Assembly: GCA_034717915.1 (NCBI GenBank)
Contig: JAYEME010000162.1
Span: forward strand, 5,868-65,871
Direction: 5' to 3'
Origin: Thermodesulfobacteriota bacterium
Lineage (GTDB): Bacteria; Desulfobacterota; Desulfuromonadia; Desulfuromonadales; Geopsychrobacteraceae
Length of the DNA stretch: 60,004 nucleotides
The notes below the pieces were generated by a model, which was not told where the DNA came from, made no database searches, and worked only from the letters and a program-made list of their open reading frames with translations. The position numbers and the translations under genes were made by a program. This document shows, one piece after another, positions 57,088 through 60,004 of the stretch (position 1 is the stretch's first letter; each line of letters starts with the position of its first letter).

Positions 57088-58403
57088 GATCCAACCTCGT
57101 TCATCAAAGCAAGCAGCAGGGCTGACGCTGCATAGTCAACCTGGCGTAAATCGACATCAAGTTGCCGCCGTGACAACTCAATCATGTGGTTGTGAACCGC
57201 AATCCGGTCGGTCAGTTGCTGCTCAGCCAGACGTTGAACATCGCTTCGCTGTCCGGCAATCCGTTTCAATTGTTTACGGCGTTCACCTTCCATGGATGCA
57301 GAGGCAGTATAGGTGTTGAGTGTCGTGGAAAGCTCCTGCTGCAGTTCTGCCTGCTTTTTCTGTTTCCGGTAACGCAAGCTGGCGAGTTCATGCCTGGTCC
57401 GGGTTTGTTTGGCGCGGTTGGCAAATCCATCAAATATGGGACATTCAAGATACAGGGTCATGGAAGCATCACGGGAATTCAGGTTGGATAAAGAATCGGT
57501 GAAACTGTGGTCATCACTACCGAACATCCTGTAAGAGCCCGACAGGGTCAGTCTGGGTAGCAATGAACGTTTGAGCATCGACAGTTCGGTCTGCTTGGTT
57601 TCGATCTGCTGCTGGTAGATCAAGACTTCTGGAAAGCTCTCCAGATTGACAACATGTTCCGGTTTTTCCCGTTGCGGGAAATCTGCCAGGGTCACATCTT
57701 CAGCGTGATAGTTCTCCTGGGTATGGAAGCTGAGATTCTCCAGCAGATTTTGCCAGCGGGTTTGCAGATCCTCCAGCTGACTGAGCGTTTCCGCCAGCTC
57801 CAGTGCGGCATTTCCGAGCTGTTCGCGACCGAGGGTCCCAGCCTGATGTAACTTTTTCGACAGCTGGAAAATTGTTTGTTGGCGCTCGGCAATCACTTCT
57901 ATCACGCGGATCCGTTGTTGTACTTTCAAGCTGTCGGCATACAGGGTCAGAAGTTCTTTGTGGATATCGAGAGAGGATTGCTGTTTCTGCAGTTCCGCAA
58001 TATGCACCTGTCGACGGGCACTGGCGACGCTGAGTTCGCGGATACCGAAATCATACAGATTGTATCGGGCGGTTGCGATCAGGGAGTGTTTATAACCGGA
58101 AGCATTATCGGCAATGATGGCATCACCGACGGAAACGATATCGCCGTCTTCATCGAAGACATGGACATACTCGTTACCGAAGCGCAGTGATAACTGCGGA
58201 TAATAATCGGCCTGGCGTTCGGCGACAGTGGCCTGAGCTGCCCCGATCTCTTCCCTGATAATTTTGCTGTCGAAAGAGTTTTGCAGCCCGGCGGCAAGGA
58301 TGTCTTTAAACGTCAGAATTTCAGCGCAAACTCTTGAGCTGGCCAGACAGAGAAATAGCAGCAGAACAGCGATGGCTGTTGCGCGCAGCGATGAATAAGA
58401 CAA
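57084..58403 (-). CDS. TolC-family outer membrane protein
   Basis: Signal peptide; YYPQLSL, YNLYDFG, LPRLTL, PIFDGF; TTG start after GGAGG. Confidence 0.88.
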   Translation of the reverse strand: MSYSSLRATAIAVLLLFLCLASSRVCAEILTFKDILAAGLQNSFDSKIIREEIGAAQATVAERQADYYPQLSLRFGNEYVHVFDEDGDIVSVGDAIIADNASGYKHSLIATARYNLYDFGIRELSVASARRQVHIAELQKQQSSLDIHKELLTLYADSLKVQQRIRVIEVIAERQQTIFQLSKKLHQAGTLGREQLGNAALELAETLSQLEDLQTRWQNLLENLSFHTQENYHAEDVTLADFPQREKPEHVVNLESFPEVLIYQQQIETKQTELSMLKRSLLPRLTLSGSYRMFGSDDHSFTDSLSNLNSRDASMTLYLECPIFDGFANRAKQTRTRHELASLRYRKQKKQAELQQELSTTLNTYTASASMEGERRKQLKRIAGQRSDVQRLAEQQLTDRIAVHNHMIELSRRQLDVDLRQVDYAASALLLALMNEVGS

Positions 58404-58464
58404 GAAAATGTCCCCTCCGAAATTGTATTAATAGAGCAACTATTATAAAAAATAAAAGTCTTTC

Positions 58465-58538
58465 AATGCAGAGGTGGAAAGAAAAACAAAGGTATTGAGA
58501 CAGGTTTGATTTTCTCTGCACCTCTCCGTCTCTGCGTT
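58465..58538. repeat. Degenerate GCAGAG-type inverted repeat / hairpin between the RTX fragment and tolC
   Basis: AATGCAGAGGTGGAAAG ... CTCTGCACCTCTCCGTCTCTGCGTT. Confidence 0.4.
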
Positions 58539-58555
58539 AAAATTTCACCAACAGA

Positions 58556-58826
58556 TTACGCTGCATGCCAGGTATCTGCAATCATCGTCATCAACTGCTC
58601 ATCCTGACGAACGTTATCTAGGCTGTCCAGATTGATCCCTTCGGCTATCGCATAGGTGGACATCTCCTGGATCAGCTGATTGATATCGGCATCGGTCATA
58701 GTGCTGCCGTCGGCCAGGGTGATGGTTTCGATCCGGTTGCCGGTCTCTGAGTCGCTATAGCTGTTCATGGTGATCAGGTCATCAACCCCGTAGCCGATCT
58801 TCATGGTGGTGCCGGTTTTAAAAAAA
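58556..58826 (-). CDS. C-terminal fragment of an RTX/Ca-binding T1SS substrate (5' part missing)
   Basis: FFKTGTTMKIGYGVDDLIT...GNRIETITLADGS.MTDADINQLIQEMS...IADTWHAA* resembles RTX C-terminal secretion regions; directly upstream of tolC-hlyB-hlyD. Confidence 0.75.
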
Positions 58827-58829
58827 GCT

Positions 58830-58994
58830 AAGAAGAAAGTAGCAAAGAAGAAAGTAGCAAAGAAGAAAGTAGTGAAGAAAAAAGTAGCAAAGAAGAAAGT
58901 AGCAAAGAAGAAAGCAGTGAAGAAAAAAGTAGCAAAGAAGAAAGTAGCAAAGAAGAAAGCAGTGAAGAAGAAAATTACCAAAAAGAAGAAAAGA
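58830..58994 (+). repeat. 15-bp tandem repeat (AAGAAGAAAGTAGCA, 11 units) encoding a KKKVA histone-H1-like tail ending at TAA 58995-58997
   Basis: Direct reading: KKKVA,VA,VV,VA,VA,AV,VA,VA,AV,IT,KR. Confidence 0.9.
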
Positions 58995-59161
58995 TAATTC
59001 TTTTTTTTAATTTTTATTATTTATATTGTTTCTATAATTAACACTGTTGATTTTATTTTAATTTTGTTCCTATTTTGTAATACTCATAAAAGTTTTTATA
59101 TACACCCCCCTGTTTTTTATTGTAGTAGTTAAAGTGTTAAAATAGTTTGAAGAGGATAAAG

Positions 59162-60004
59162 ATGGGGTTTTTGAATTTCCTAAAAAAACAAGTTTCAGAT
59201 GAGGAAGCATATAATTCTGCATTAGGGGTACCGCCAGGGCCAAATAATTTATCAAAAGATAATCTTGATGTCCCTTCTCCACCGAAACCATTGAATATTT
59301 CACAAAAAAGTCCTTCTTCTACAGTTAATGAATTTCCTAATTTTAATGAATCTAAACCAACCAGTGGAACACCAGGATTTCCTGAAGTTCCTTCTTCAAT
59401 GAAGAGTTTGTCTGAAGAACCACTTGATCTTCCAGAAATTCCTTCTTTTGCAGAAAAATTTGGAACTTCTCCAAATCCTAAAGTTCAAGATCATGTTGAA
59501 ACAATGCATGAGAAGCATATACAGGTTCCAGCAAAGGAAGATTTATCTTCAAAAAAGGTATCTTCGAATCCCCTTCCAAATTTTTCACAAAAAGTTCCCA
59601 CTCTAGATTTAGGCTTACCTAATCCTAAAAAAGACTTAAGAATTTCACCACATGAACTTCCGATTCATGAACATATTGATAAAAAATTAGATGAACATGT
59701 TGATAGAGATTTTATATCAAAAACACAATTTGAAACTTATGAAGGTTTTATAAGACCAAAATTAATGGACATAAAAAAAGAACCAAAATCTTCATTTACT
59801 TCACATACTTCAGAGAAGAAATCATCAGTTCTTTTAACAAATAAAGCAAGGGAAGCAAAAGTTAAGAAGAAAATAGATTTAGATAAACCTTTATTTCTTC
59901 ATGTTGATACTTGTGGGGTTTTGAAAGAAGAAGTGTTAGAAGCTATAAACATAATTAAAGGTAGAGAGGGAGATAAAACTCTTTCATATATTGATAAAAA
60001 TATA
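59162..60004 (+). CDS. Pro/Ser/Lys-rich hypothetical protein, open to the window end (at least 281 codons)
   Basis: Manual translation MGFLNFLKKQVSDEEAYNSALGVPPGP...KKKIDLDKPLFLHVDTCGVLKEEV..., no stop; GAGGA RBS; AT-rich codons. Not in the ORF track. Confidence 0.82.
   Translation, partial: MGFLNFLKKQVSDEEAYNSALGVPPGPNNLSKDNLDVPSPPKPLNISQKSPSSTVNEFPNFNESKPTSGTPGFPEVPSSMKSLSEEPLDLPEIPSFAEKFGTSPNPKVQDHVETMHEKHIQVPAKEDLSSKKVSSNPLPNFSQKVPTLDLGLPNPKKDLRISPHELPIHEHIDKKLDEHVDRDFISKTQFETYEGFIRPKLMDIKKEPKSSFTSHTSEKKSSVLLTNKAREAKVKKKIDLDKPLFLHVDTCGVLKEEVLEAINIIKGREGDKTLSYIDKNI

Noticed and set aside
58556-58981. 141-aa ORF with an FFFAT-repeat N-terminus as a novel membrane protein
   Set aside because: The Phe-rich part is the antisense reading of the KKKVA repeat, fused across the junction to the RTX tail
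58803-58997. 64-aa stand-alone histone-like protein starting MVVPVL
   Set aside because: The start codon lies in the antisense of the RTX fragment across the junction, with no RBS; probably only a C-terminal tail
59070-59606. Track ORFs 59070-59303 (-) and 59424-59606 (+)
   Set aside because: They overlap the longer open frame 59162-60004, which has an RBS
1-60004. tRNA, rRNA, integrase or prophage genes
   Set aside because: None recognised by eye; short ncRNAs cannot be excluded without a covariance search

Overview
Positions 1 to about 58820 look like chromosomal DNA of an anaerobic Desulfuromonadales-type deltaproteobacterium. This is inferred from the c7-type and small multiheme cytochromes and from the style of the proteins; no database search was run. 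Housekeeping genes include murI, dus, msrB, metF, ttcA, glnE, mtnA, gatCAB, mrp/apbC, uvrD/pcrA and a ClC channel. The window also holds an IscR-like/LarE pair, a CHASE2 Ser/Thr kinase-PP2C-FHA module, a Phd-VapC toxin-antitoxin pair, a PsrA-like TetR-RND efflux operon, and a type I secretion cluster with a truncated RTX-like substrate. A REP-associated tyrosine transposase (RAYT) is flanked by its REP/REPIN elements, and several other intergenic repeat families occur. The most striking feature is a split class III ribonucleotide reductase. NrdD stops inside its C-terminal zinc ribbon. The glycyl-radical loop (SRVCG) is encoded by a separate 48-aa gene (9018-9164) that is absent from the ORF track and appears to supply the fourth Zn ligand in trans. 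It is followed by nrdG, which has a probable CTG start. At about 58820 the sequence switches abruptly to very AT-rich DNA, with a KKKVA tandem repeat and a Pro-rich ORF of DPANN-archaeal style. This is most simply explained as a contig join or chimera.
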